A stretch of DNA of 64,000 nucleotides, taken from assembly GCA_017616775.1 (NCBI GenBank), contig JAFZXM010000013.1:9124-73123 (forward strand), given 5' to 3'. The position numbers and the translations under genes are program-made. Below the pieces are notes generated by a model. That model did not search any database and had not been told where the DNA came from. It worked only from the letters and a program-made list of their open reading frames with translations. This document shows, piece after piece, positions 18,711 through 27,816 of this stretch (the first letter of the stretch is position 1; every line of letters begins with the position of its first letter). This DNA is from Bacteroidales bacterium (GTDB lineage Bacteria > Bacteroidota > Bacteroidia > Bacteroidales > WCHB1-69).

Positions 18711-19584
18711 ATCTTTCGGAAAGGTAAAGGCGCTGGATAATGTGTCTTTATCGGTGGAAAAAGGGGAATTGTTCGGATTGATAGGGCCGGACGGTGCCGG
18801 TAAATCCACACTTTTCAATCTGTTGGTTACTTTATTGAATCCCGATGGCGGCCAAGCCGAAATAGCCGGAATGGATTTGTTGCAGGATTATAAAAAAATA
18901 CGGAAAATAATAGGCTATCTGCCCGGTCAGTTTTCTTTATACGGAGATTTGAGCTGTATGGAAAATCTGGAATTCTTTGCAACACTCTACGGTGAAAATA
19001 TAGAAGACAATTATGAGTTGATAAGGCCGATATGGGAGCAGTTGTTGCCTTTTAAAAACAGAAAGGCTTCTGCGCTTTCGGGGGGAATGAAGCAAAAATT
19101 AGCCCTGTGTTGTGCTTTGGTTCATAAACCCGAAATCCTGTTTTTGGATGAACCCACCACCGGTGTCGATCCCGTGAGCCGTAAGGAATTGTGGGGAATA
19201 TTACAACGCCTGAAAGAAGACAATATCACCGTGTTTGTATCTACTTCGTATATGGATGAAGCCACATTGTGCAATCGTATTGCACTTATACAAAACGGAA
19301 AAATTCTCGGGTGCGATACTCCCGACAATATAAAATCCGCCTTTAAAGGCAATTTGTTTTCCATACAAACTGATGATATCTACCGTATGCTGCAATATTT
19401 GGACAATTATCCGGCAGAAGACATATATGCCAGCGGGCAATGTGTGAATGTAGTGCTTAAACATATTGAAGATGCGGAAAATCTGTCGGCGTATATCCAT
19501 CAAAGCGGCATAGCTGTTAATGAGTGTAAATTTGTGAAACCTGCCATAGAAGACTGTTTTATTCAATTGATGAGAAATACATAA
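18670..19584 (+). CDS. ABC transporter ATP-binding protein
   Basis: GPDGAGKST, LSGGMKQKL, LDEPTTGVDP. Confidence 0.93.
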   Translation: MEKRKEIEIKSLSKSFGKVKALDNVSLSVEKGELFGLIGPDGAGKSTLFNLLVTLLNPDGGQAEIAGMDLLQDYKKIRKIIGYLPGQFSLYGDLSCMENLEFFATLYGENIEDNYELIRPIWEQLLPFKNRKASALSGGMKQKLALCCALVHKPEILFLDEPTTGVDPVSRKELWGILQRLKEDNITVFVSTSYMDEATLCNRIALIQNGKILGCDTPDNIKSAFKGNLFSIQTDDIYRMLQYLDNYPAEDIYASGQCVNVVLKHIEDAENLSAYIHQSGIAVNECKFVKPAIEDCFIQLMRNT

Positions 19585-19722
19585 CAAATTGATTTACATT
19601 CTGTTTTTTTAAACAATAAAAAAAATGGTCTAAAAAAGATGCAGTTTTCAAATAATAATGATACTTTTGCAGAATGATAAACAAATAAATTAAATAGAGT
19701 AGTAAAATTTAAAACAGTAAAA

Positions 19723-20250
19723 ATGAAAAGATTAGTTTTAACACTCACATTAGTATTAGGTATTGCTGCAACCATGATAGCACAACCGAGAGCAATCGGC
19801 GGCCGTTTGGGTAATCCTATTGAATTCAGTTATCAACATGGTATCGGCTCAGGTTTCTTGGAAATTGATGCAGGTGCATTTTTCTATCCTGCTTTAGGAG
19901 TAGAAGCTGCAGTAGTTTATGATTGGATATTTGCATCTCCTAATTGGACACCCAAAGGTACTTGGGATTGGTATGCAGGTGTCGGTGGAGCAGGCGGCTT
20001 TGGTTTCCGCGAACATTGGCATCATAAAGATCCCGAACATGTGGATCACTCTTGGTATTATACAGGTGTGGCAGGACAAATAGGTTTGTCTTACACATTC
20101 TGGTTCCCGTTGCAACTCAGTGTGGATTTTCGTCCTACTATAGGTCCGGCATTTTATTATGATTATGAATACGGTCATTACAGACCTACATTCAATGCCT
20201 GGGGATTTTTTAACTTTGCTATAGGAGTTCGTTATTCTTTCGGCAATTAA
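19723..20250 (+). CDS. small outer-membrane beta-barrel protein
   Basis: Signal peptide ending AQ; WDWYAGVG, PLQLSVDFRP; terminal strand IGVRYSF. Confidence 0.8.
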   Translation: MKRLVLTLTLVLGIAATMIAQPRAIGGRLGNPIEFSYQHGIGSGFLEIDAGAFFYPALGVEAAVVYDWIFASPNWTPKGTWDWYAGVGGAGGFGFREHWHHKDPEHVDHSWYYTGVAGQIGLSYTFWFPLQLSVDFRPTIGPAFYYDYEYGHYRPTFNAWGFFNFAIGVRYSFGN

Positions 20251-20266
20251 CAGATGAAAAACACTT

Positions 20267-20298
20267 AAAAAAGAGCACTTCAGGTGCTCTTTTTTTTT
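20267..20298 (+). terminator. intrinsic terminator
   Basis: AAAAAAGAGCAC-TTCAG-GTGCTCTTTTTTTTT, starting 17 nt after the stop. Confidence 0.85.
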
Positions 20299-20502
20299 AT
20301 ATTGACTAACAGGCAGAAAAACAATATGGCACAAAATATTGCGGCTATGCGGGGAAATTACAATATTTTTTGCTCATAAATTCAACAAATAAAGCAACTT
20401 TTGAATGGAATAACAAATTTAATACTTATTTTAATCGGACAAGAATAATTTTATATATGAAAAAATAATATCTTTGCAAAAAAATATTAAAAGGTAAAAA
20501 AT

Positions 20503-21018
20503 ATGAAAATATCGGTAAAAACAATATCGGCAGCAGTTCTTTTTGTATGTTTGTCACAATTGTCCTTTGCCCAATATAAGCACGGCATAGGGGGAGTGGC
20601 AGGAAGCATGAACGGCTTTTCTTATAAAACGGTGATAACCGGTAATTTTGCAATAAGTGTGGATTTGGGCGTAAAACTTTGTGTGGGAGCCTTTGATAAT
20701 ATCAACATCAGGGTTTTTGACGTTGAAGTCAACCCCGATTTTATGTATCAAGCCAATGCTGCAGGCGGTTTGTATTGGTTTGTGGGCGGAGGTTTTGGTT
20801 TGGGTTATGCGTTTAATGATTTTTGGCGTTATGGTTACGGTGGAGAGGTGTTGGGAAAATTCGGTATTAACGCCATAGGCGGTTTGGAATATAAATTCAA
20901 TATTCCCCTTGCCCTTCAATTTGATTTTCGTCCGGGTTTCGGCATGATATTTGGAAATCATGTTACAGAGCCCTATTTCGATTGGGGTTTGAATTTGAGC
21001 CTAAGGTATGCGTTTTAA
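20503..21018 (+). CDS. small outer-membrane beta-barrel protein (paralog of 19723..20250)
   Basis: Signal peptide; LYWFVGGG, GINAIGGLEYKF, PLALQFDFRPG; terminal LSLRYAF. Confidence 0.8.
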   Translation: MKISVKTISAAVLFVCLSQLSFAQYKHGIGGVAGSMNGFSYKTVITGNFAISVDLGVKLCVGAFDNINIRVFDVEVNPDFMYQANAAGGLYWFVGGGFGLGYAFNDFWRYGYGGEVLGKFGINAIGGLEYKFNIPLALQFDFRPGFGMIFGNHVTEPYFDWGLNLSLRYAF

Positions 21019-21041
21019 CATAAAATAACAAATAGATACCG

Positions 21042-21512
21042 GTGAAGATAAAGATATTAATAATAGGCGTTATAGCCGGTTGGTGTAGCCTGTTGCATGC
21101 ACAAGTAAATATAGATGTGGTGTATAAAGACACCTTAAAAGACAATGACGTATATGAACATGTCAATAAGTTTTATTTTGAAGACAGCAATTTGGTGGTC
21201 GCCTACGAAGACGGAACCACTGCGGATATAGTCGTAAACGGCATACATAAGTTATTAGTGCATTCAACGCTATCTGTTGAAACCATTGCAGAAGGAAAAC
21301 ACATAATTATTTATCCCAATCCTGCCAATGACAGGCTTTATTTGGCATCAGCAGAAGAACAAAATGTACATGTAGCCATTTATTCCATTCAAGGACAACT
21401 GCTCAAAGAGCAGCTAATGAGCACCTTGCAGGCAATTGACATATCCGCTCTTTCTCGCGGTTTGTATATGATAAAAATAGATAATACAACTTATAAATTC
21501 AGCAAATTATGA
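21042..21512 (+). CDS. small T9SS type A sorting-domain protein
   Basis: Signal peptide (LHAQ), ~55-aa beta-rich domain, CTD IYPNPAND..IYSIQGQL..IDISALSRGLYMIK..KFSKL. Confidence 0.85.
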   Translation: MKIKILIIGVIAGWCSLLHAQVNIDVVYKDTLKDNDVYEHVNKFYFEDSNLVVAYEDGTTADIVVNGIHKLLVHSTLSVETIAEGKHIIIYPNPANDRLYLASAEEQNVHVAIYSIQGQLLKEQLMSTLQAIDISALSRGLYMIKIDNTTYKFSKL

Positions 21513-24190
21513 AAAAAGCAGGTGTTTTAGTGGCAATATTGCTGATAATAGGTTGTATATCGGCACAAAATAAGGTAGTATTCTATAATGACGGGAATAT
21601 TATTTATCAATCGGAGATAAATAATGTGGATAGCGTATGCTTTAGAAACAATATTTCCATTGTTCACAACAATAAGGAAACCATCAACTTTCAGTATCCC
21701 GTAGCGGGTATAGACAGTATAGTGTTTGTAGATGGAACCACAATAGACGATGATGACAGCACCAATACCGGCGGAGAGGTGGATACGGCAACTATGGTAT
21801 CAATTATCTTTGGTCAGGATACGGCATACATTCACAATCCTTATGCCGATTCGGGGGTGGTGATTACCACTTCGGGAGCATTCGTAACAGTGCAGGCTGC
21901 TATGGGCAAGCAGAACATAGTGTATTATCTGTCAGGTGCTACCGACAATGGAGCATTGTCACTTACCAGTGATGAAAAAATCATTTTATGGATGGACGGC
22001 GTCAGCATACATAATCCGAAAGGAGCTGCCATAAAAATACCTTATGATGTAAAAGTATCGGCAGTGTTGAACGACAGCACCGTCAGTGTGTTGGAAGATG
22101 ATACTGCAAGTACCGATAAAGCTGCTTTTGACAGCAAAGGACAAATTATTTTTTCCGGCATGGGAACACTTAATGTTATCGGGAATGCCAAACATGGTAT
22201 TTTTAGTAGTGATTATGTGAAAGTGCAAAGCGGAAATATCAATATCATCAGGGCAATCAAAGACGGCATTCATGGTGATTATTTTCAAATGTATGCCGGA
22301 ACGGTTACTATCAATGCCGGCACGGGCATAGACGGAGAAACAGGTTTTGTCGGCATATACGGAGGAGATGTAACCATTACTACCGCTCAAAATGACGGCA
22401 AATCCATCAAATGTGACAGCATAATAGATATATCCGGCGGCACACTTACCCTTACCGTTAGCGGCAATCAGGCAAAAGGTCTTAAGGCGGGTAAAAGTGT
22501 TTATTTCAAAGGTGGAAATACGTATATCACCGCTACGGGAACCACTGTTTTGGAAGCGGAAGGCAATGGATATAATCCATCTTTTTGTTCAGCTGTAAGT
22601 GCCAAAGAAGATGTCAATATTTATTTCGGTGCCGATATGACCATAGTATGTGACAGCAACAATCAAGGTGGCAAAGCAATTTCCGCAGACGGAAATATCA
22701 ACGTATATGGAGGTAATTTGAATATTTCCGTTGCCGGAGCAAGTGGAGAATATGTCAATGCAAATAATATAAATGATAGTTACAATTCTGTTTGTTTGAA
22801 GAGTAATAAAAATGTAAATATCCATGGCGGAACGTTTGTTTTATCGGCATTAGGCGACGGTTCAAAAGGAATATCAGCCGATAGTAGTGTGCTTATAACA
22901 AAGGGAAATCTCACTTTTTATGCAGTAGGGAAAGAATCCAAAGGAATAAAAGCAGATCATGTTGTCAGCATAACAGGGGGGAAAATAGGTATTACCGCAT
23001 CAGGCGAGACGGTGATAGCAAATTATGAAACATCGTTTTGTAGCGGTATAAAAAGTGACGGAAATATTTATATTGCCGATAGTGCCGATATTACCATTAA
23101 TTGTACTTCTACCAATAATGGAGGAAAGGCTCTTAAAGCAAATGGCAATATCACAATAAACGGAGGAACACTTTTGCTTAATACTGCCGGTTCGGGCAGT
23201 ACTTACACTTTAGCCGGCGGAACAAAAGACGGCTATTCAAGTGCTTGCATGAAAGCGGACGGAAATATATATCTTAAGGCAGGAAATATCTCTTGTACCA
23301 GCAGTGGTGCCGGCGGAAAAGGTATCAATGCCGAAGGAAGTATTGTAATAGGTGACAGTACTTATGCCGATAGTGCGTTGGTACTTTCTGTAACTACATC
23401 GGGGCAAAGGTTTACTATTAGTTCATCCTCCGGAGGCGGTGGATGGACTCCACCCGGAGGAAACACCGGCAATTATTCCAATCCCAAAGGTATAAAAAGT
23501 ACGGGCAATCTAATAATAAACAATGGTATAATACGGGTAAATTGCACACAATCAGGCACCGAAGGCGGTGAATGTATAGAAAGCAAATCTTCTCTTATTA
23601 TCAACGGAGGCAATATAGAGGCATCTTCTGTTTATGACGATGCTATCAATGCTGCTGTAAATTTAACTATTAATGGTGGTTTAATATATGCTACCTCAGG
23701 GCATAACGACGGCATAGATTGCAACGGAACCATGAATATTAACGGAGGATTGGCTATTTCAGCCGGTGCAAGAGCCCCGGAAGAAGGTTTTGATTGCGAC
23801 AATAATACTTTTACCATTACCGGTGGTATTATAGTAGGTACCGGTGGAGCTACCAGCAGTCCCAATGCAGGAACGCAAAAAGCATTGAAATATTCTGCCA
23901 CACAAGGCACGGCTATTTGTATATATAATTCCTCCAATCAAGCGGTTCTTACCATGCAATTGCCGACAATGGCTTCCGGCGGAGGCGGTGGATGGAATCC
24001 CGGCGGTGGTAGCGGTATGGTAGTGTTAATGTCTTCACCCTTGTTTACTTCAGGAAGCTATACTTTAAAATATGGCGGTACCATTACCGGCGGCACATCG
24101 TTTCACGGATATTATACCAATGCCACATATAGCAACGGCTCTTCAAAAACTTTTACTATAGGGAATAATGTATTAACAACTATTCAATAA
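21509..24190 (+). CDS. DUF4353 (Cthe_2159-like) carbohydrate-binding beta-helix protein
   Basis: YYLSG..DNG.L, KHGIFS.D and many KGIK(A/S)D..I.I.GG coils; DDAINA, NDGIDCNG, EEGFDCD. Confidence 0.88.
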   Translation: MKKAGVLVAILLIIGCISAQNKVVFYNDGNIIYQSEINNVDSVCFRNNISIVHNNKETINFQYPVAGIDSIVFVDGTTIDDDDSTNTGGEVDTATMVSIIFGQDTAYIHNPYADSGVVITTSGAFVTVQAAMGKQNIVYYLSGATDNGALSLTSDEKIILWMDGVSIHNPKGAAIKIPYDVKVSAVLNDSTVSVLEDDTASTDKAAFDSKGQIIFSGMGTLNVIGNAKHGIFSSDYVKVQSGNINIIRAIKDGIHGDYFQMYAGTVTINAGTGIDGETGFVGIYGGDVTITTAQNDGKSIKCDSIIDISGGTLTLTVSGNQAKGLKAGKSVYFKGGNTYITATGTTVLEAEGNGYNPSFCSAVSAKEDVNIYFGADMTIVCDSNNQGGKAISADGNINVYGGNLNISVAGASGEYVNANNINDSYNSVCLKSNKNVNIHGGTFVLSALGDGSKGISADSSVLITKGNLTFYAVGKESKGIKADHVVSITGGKIGITASGETVIANYETSFCSGIKSDGNIYIADSADITINCTSTNNGGKALKANGNITINGGTLLLNTAGSGSTYTLAGGTKDGYSSACMKADGNIYLKAGNISCTSSGAGGKGINAEGSIVIGDSTYADSALVLSVTTSGQRFTISSSSGGGGWTPPGGNTGNYSNPKGIKSTGNLIINNGIIRVNCTQSGTEGGECIESKSSLIINGGNIEASSVYDDAINAAVNLTINGGLIYATSGHNDGIDCNGTMNINGGLAISAGARAPEEGFDCDNNTFTITGGIIVGTGGATSSPNAGTQKALKYSATQGTAICIYNSSNQAVLTMQLPTMASGGGGGWNPGGGSGMVVLMSSPLFTSGSYTLKYGGTITGGTSFHGYYTNATYSNGSSKTFTIGNNVLTTIQ

Positions 24191-24906
24191 TGGATAAGAT
24201 AGTGATAAAACTCATAAAATTCATTGTGTGCTTGCTCTTGATGTGTATAGTATGTGCTTGTGACAAGTCAGGAGAAGGCGGCAATGCAACCATTCAAGGA
24301 AAGATTATGCTGGTGCAGCACCCCAACGATGATTACACATTAGCAACAGATACGGTGGTGGCTGCCAAAACCGATGTGTTCATTGTATATGGAGATAATG
24401 AAATGTACGATGATGACCAAGAAACGTCTCAAGACGGGCTGTATCAATTTAAATATTTGAAAAAAGGCATTTATACCATATTCGCCTATTCCACACTTGC
24501 TACGGGAGAAAAAATAGCCGTATCGCAAACGGTGGAAGTAAAAGATAAACTCACTATAGTGCCCACTATCTATATCCACGAAGGAAAAGCGTATGGAACA
24601 TCCATGGTAAGAGGACAAGTGTGGGCAACTTACGAGCACAATGGCAGTGATAGAGGCAGCGGATGGGCATATGAGCATAGAGTGTATATCAAAAAACAAA
24701 ACCATCCTTATCATTTTGATAATGTAAGGGTAGGTGAAGACGGATATTTTTACTTTCAGCAATTATTGCCCGGAACCTACGAAATTTTCACCACCACCGA
24801 AGATGATAATGAAGTACCTTCTTTGGTGTCGCAAACCATTACCATAACCGAAGCAGGGAAAATATATACGCTCGAGAAAATATTTTATGTAAACATAAAT
24901 GTATAA
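24190..24906 (+). CDS. lipoprotein with two tandem prealbumin/carboxypeptidase-regulatory-like domains
   Basis: Lipobox VCAC; internal repeat DG.YQFKYL.KG.YTIF / DG.FYFQQL.PG.YEIF. Confidence 0.75.
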   Translation: MDKIVIKLIKFIVCLLLMCIVCACDKSGEGGNATIQGKIMLVQHPNDDYTLATDTVVAAKTDVFIVYGDNEMYDDDQETSQDGLYQFKYLKKGIYTIFAYSTLATGEKIAVSQTVEVKDKLTIVPTIYIHEGKAYGTSMVRGQVWATYEHNGSDRGSGWAYEHRVYIKKQNHPYHFDNVRVGEDGYFYFQQLLPGTYEIFTTTEDDNEVPSLVSQTITITEAGKIYTLEKIFYVNINV

Positions 24907-24908
24907 TC

Positions 24909-25322
24909 ATGAAGTTGAAAATAGGAGGAATAGGTGTATTATTATGTTTTATTTGTGTAGTGGTACAGGCACAAACCGTACAGGAAAAACGGGAACGCCG
25001 TGCCAACCTAACCCTTAAAGAATGGAATACACTGGCAGGGCACAAAACCCGTTATTTGGACCATATCACCAAATACGACGCCAAAGGTTTTAAAATAGAA
25101 GAGATAGAATATGCCAGCTACGGACAAAAATATCGTATCACTTACGAATACAATGATGCGGGAAAATGTATCAGGGAAGTGGAATACGACAGCAAAAACA
25201 AACCCATACGCATAAGAAAATTTGAATATTATGCCGACGGGAGCAAAAAAAGGCAATATAATTATTTGCCCAACGGCAAACTGATAAGCAGCAAAGAATT
25301 TGAATATATATTCAGTAAATAA
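24909..25322 (+). CDS. secreted basic beta-meander (YD/MORN-like repeat) protein
   Basis: Signal peptide ending AQ; repeated YD.KG..I.E.EY / YND.GK.I.E.EY / YYADGS.K units. Confidence 0.7.
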   Translation: MKLKIGGIGVLLCFICVVVQAQTVQEKRERRANLTLKEWNTLAGHKTRYLDHITKYDAKGFKIEEIEYASYGQKYRITYEYNDAGKCIREVEYDSKNKPIRIRKFEYYADGSKKRQYNYLPNGKLISSKEFEYIFSK

Positions 25323-25324
25323 TT

Positions 25325-26089
25325 GTGACAGAGATAGAAAGAGTTTTACATTTGTTTAAACCCATTTCTCTTGAAGAAATGAGTGCCGTAAAACTGATGA
25401 ATAGGGTAGATACCAAGTATATGATATCCCTGAGTCAGTTGGGAGATATATTGAATCAATTGCAAGCTCATTATTATGTACAACAAGTGTGTGATGAATG
25501 TATAATACCCTACAGCACTTTATATTATGATACAGAAGATGTGCAAATGTATATAGCGCATCACAATAGAAAGTTATGCAGGCAAAAACTACGTTCCCGT
25601 ATATACGGACTTACCGAAAATGTATTTTGTGAAGTAAAGCGAAAAAACAATCACGGACGCACCAAAAAAAAACGTATAGCCATTAAAAAGGAAGAATGGG
25701 AGAATATGTTGCAGCAACCCTATATTGTTGAATTTGTGCAGCAATATTTACCATATTCCATTTCGCTTTTACAGCCGCAAGTGCAAACCGATTTCAATCG
25801 GATTACTTTGGTCAATTATTCCAAAACGGAACGCCTGACCATAGATAAGGATGTGAATTTTTATAACCATGTTACCGGCATGCATGCCGATGCAGGGAAT
25901 TTGGTCATCATGGAGTTAAAACAAGATGCCCGCAAAAAGTCAATGGTCAAACAGGTGCTTTTTGATATGCGTATCAAACCGCATAAAATAAGCAAATATT
26001 GTTTGGGTACCGTTCTCACACGCCCGCAAGTAAAAGCCAATAGATTTAAGAAAAAAATCCGATTCATAGAAGAATTGAATAGTATTTAA
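25325..26089 (+). CDS. VTC (polyphosphate polymerase, TTM fold) domain protein
   Basis: LMNRVDTKY, TLYYDT, RQKLRSR.Y, FCEVK.K, RITL, ERLTID, IMELK, KISKYC. Confidence 0.92.
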   Translation: MTEIERVLHLFKPISLEEMSAVKLMNRVDTKYMISLSQLGDILNQLQAHYYVQQVCDECIIPYSTLYYDTEDVQMYIAHHNRKLCRQKLRSRIYGLTENVFCEVKRKNNHGRTKKKRIAIKKEEWENMLQQPYIVEFVQQYLPYSISLLQPQVQTDFNRITLVNYSKTERLTIDKDVNFYNHVTGMHADAGNLVIMELKQDARKKSMVKQVLFDMRIKPHKISKYCLGTVLTRPQVKANRFKKKIRFIEELNSI

Positions 26090-26104
26090 TTTAAATAAAG
26101 TTTT

Positions 26105-26842
26105 ATGTACAATTTTTTTAATATCCAACAAGATTTTGACCCTTCCATAGCAAGGGAATTTTCAAAAACACAAGAGATATCTTCTTTTAATGATATTTTG
26201 GGCATACCGTTGATACAAAAGGAAAGTCTGCTTACATTATTGGTCTTGTTTGCCTTTAATTTATTGATATGCTGGATAATAGTTCACTTTTTTTATTATA
26301 GAAAAAGCCGGCGTACCGATTATTATTTTACCTTTGTTCTTTTCAGCATAACGGTCTTCTTGCTGATGTTTTTGCTTAACAACGTGAATCTGGGCATGGG
26401 TTTTGCCTTGGGTTTGTTCGCCATATTCAGTATGATACGCTATCGTACCGAAACGGTGCCTATTCGGGAAATGACCTACTTGTTTGTCATCATCGGCATA
26501 TCGGTCATTAATGGATTGGCCATGACGCACGGATATATCAATCTGTTGATTATTAATACTTTATTTATATTGTTGATATGGATATTCGACGGAAACAAGG
26601 CCTTGCAACATCAAGCTGCAAAAATAATATTGTACGATAAAATAGAATTGATAAAATTCGGAAAAGAAGAAGAACTTTTGGCAGATTTAAAAGAGCGTAC
26701 CGGCTTGGAGATTTTTAAATTGGAAATAGGGCATGTGGATTTTTTGAGGGATGTGGCTTATATAAAAATATATTACAAGCCTTCTGCCAATGAAACGAAC
26801 AGCATAGATACCATGATAAAGCATAAAAATTTTATGGAATAG
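26105..26842 (+). CDS. DUF4956 inner-membrane protein
   Basis: Several TM helices; GFALGLFAIFSMIRYRT, REMTYLF, DLKERTGL, DFLRD. Confidence 0.92.
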   Translation: MYNFFNIQQDFDPSIAREFSKTQEISSFNDILGIPLIQKESLLTLLVLFAFNLLICWIIVHFFYYRKSRRTDYYFTFVLFSITVFLLMFLLNNVNLGMGFALGLFAIFSMIRYRTETVPIREMTYLFVIIGISVINGLAMTHGYINLLIINTLFILLIWIFDGNKALQHQAAKIILYDKIELIKFGKEEELLADLKERTGLEIFKLEIGHVDFLRDVAYIKIYYKPSANETNSIDTMIKHKNFME

Positions 26843-26866
26843 ATACTGACAAAATATTATACATGT

Positions 26867-27547
26867 ATGAATAGTGCTTGTTTACAAACCAAACAAATAC
26901 CGGTGATATTGTTGCTGATGTGCGTGTGTTGTCTGCAGGCACAAAACATTGAATTTGGCGGTATATTCGGTGTGGAATACGAACGGGAGTTGAAAAGGAA
27001 TTTCCATTTATCGGTGGAAAGTGAAGCCAAAATCAGACATAATTTTACCGATTTTCATCGCTTGAAGGCGGGAGCGGGATTAAATTATGCTTTTTGGAAC
27101 AAACGCATTAAGATAGACGGAATGGTAAATTATCTGTTGGCACACAAAAAATCATATTACGAAAATCGTTGCAGGATAAACGTATCCTTAAGTTATACCG
27201 AAAGAATAAGGCGTTGGAAACTTTCTTACAGAATAGCCTCGCAATTTTTGTTTTACCAAACGCAAAAGAGCGAACATCCCTATAATCCTAAAATATATTT
27301 ACGCAATAAATTGCGGATAGAATATAAGTTTGTAAACCAACCTGTAAATTTGTATCTGTCCACAGAATTTTTTTGGAGAATGTATAAAAATTATGTGGTG
27401 GACAAATGGCGTACCGTATTGGGGGTAACATATAGGATTAACAAACAGCATCATCTGGATTTTTATCTTCAAAGCGATAACGAAGTACAGGTAAAAAAAC
27501 GGGATAATATTTTTAGTGCAGGTGTGGCTTATTCTTTTAAGCATTGA
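26867..27547 (+). CDS. DUF2490 outer-membrane beta-barrel protein
   Basis: Signal peptide; amphipathic strands, LRNKL.IEY, P...Y.S.EFF, R...G..Y.I.K; terminal GVAYSF. Confidence 0.82.
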   Translation: MNSACLQTKQIPVILLLMCVCCLQAQNIEFGGIFGVEYERELKRNFHLSVESEAKIRHNFTDFHRLKAGAGLNYAFWNKRIKIDGMVNYLLAHKKSYYENRCRINVSLSYTERIRRWKLSYRIASQFLFYQTQKSEHPYNPKIYLRNKLRIEYKFVNQPVNLYLSTEFFWRMYKNYVVDKWRTVLGVTYRINKQHHLDFYLQSDNEVQVKKRDNIFSAGVAYSFKH

Positions 27548-27816
27548 TAAAAACAGGGAATATTTGATGGCGGGGAAAGGAATTCAACCGATAAATGCAT
27601 CATTTCCCCTACACGCGCATAGGCATCCGTAAAACCCCGTGCATTCCGGTCAAACTCCGGACGGTGAAAACACATCCTCAAATATTCAGGCGATATTCCT
27701 GATAAATAAGAATATATTATAATCCTCCCTTTTTAGACGTCATAAGTGTTTGTCGAACGGGTTTTGTACAACAAAATTTCGTATTTTTGCATTGTTGAAT
27801 CATTGTCAGTTATATT

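Noticed and set aside
20328-20343. TGGCACAAAATATTGC as a sigma54 promoter
   Set aside because: GG-to-GC spacing is 11 nt rather than 10, and a normal TAnnTTTG (20469) explains the downstream gene.
3032-27664. Shared 9-mer TCCGGACGG upstream of DUF4846 (3032-3040) and the MBL hydrolase (27656-27664)
   Set aside because: Too short to separate from chance without a genome-wide count.
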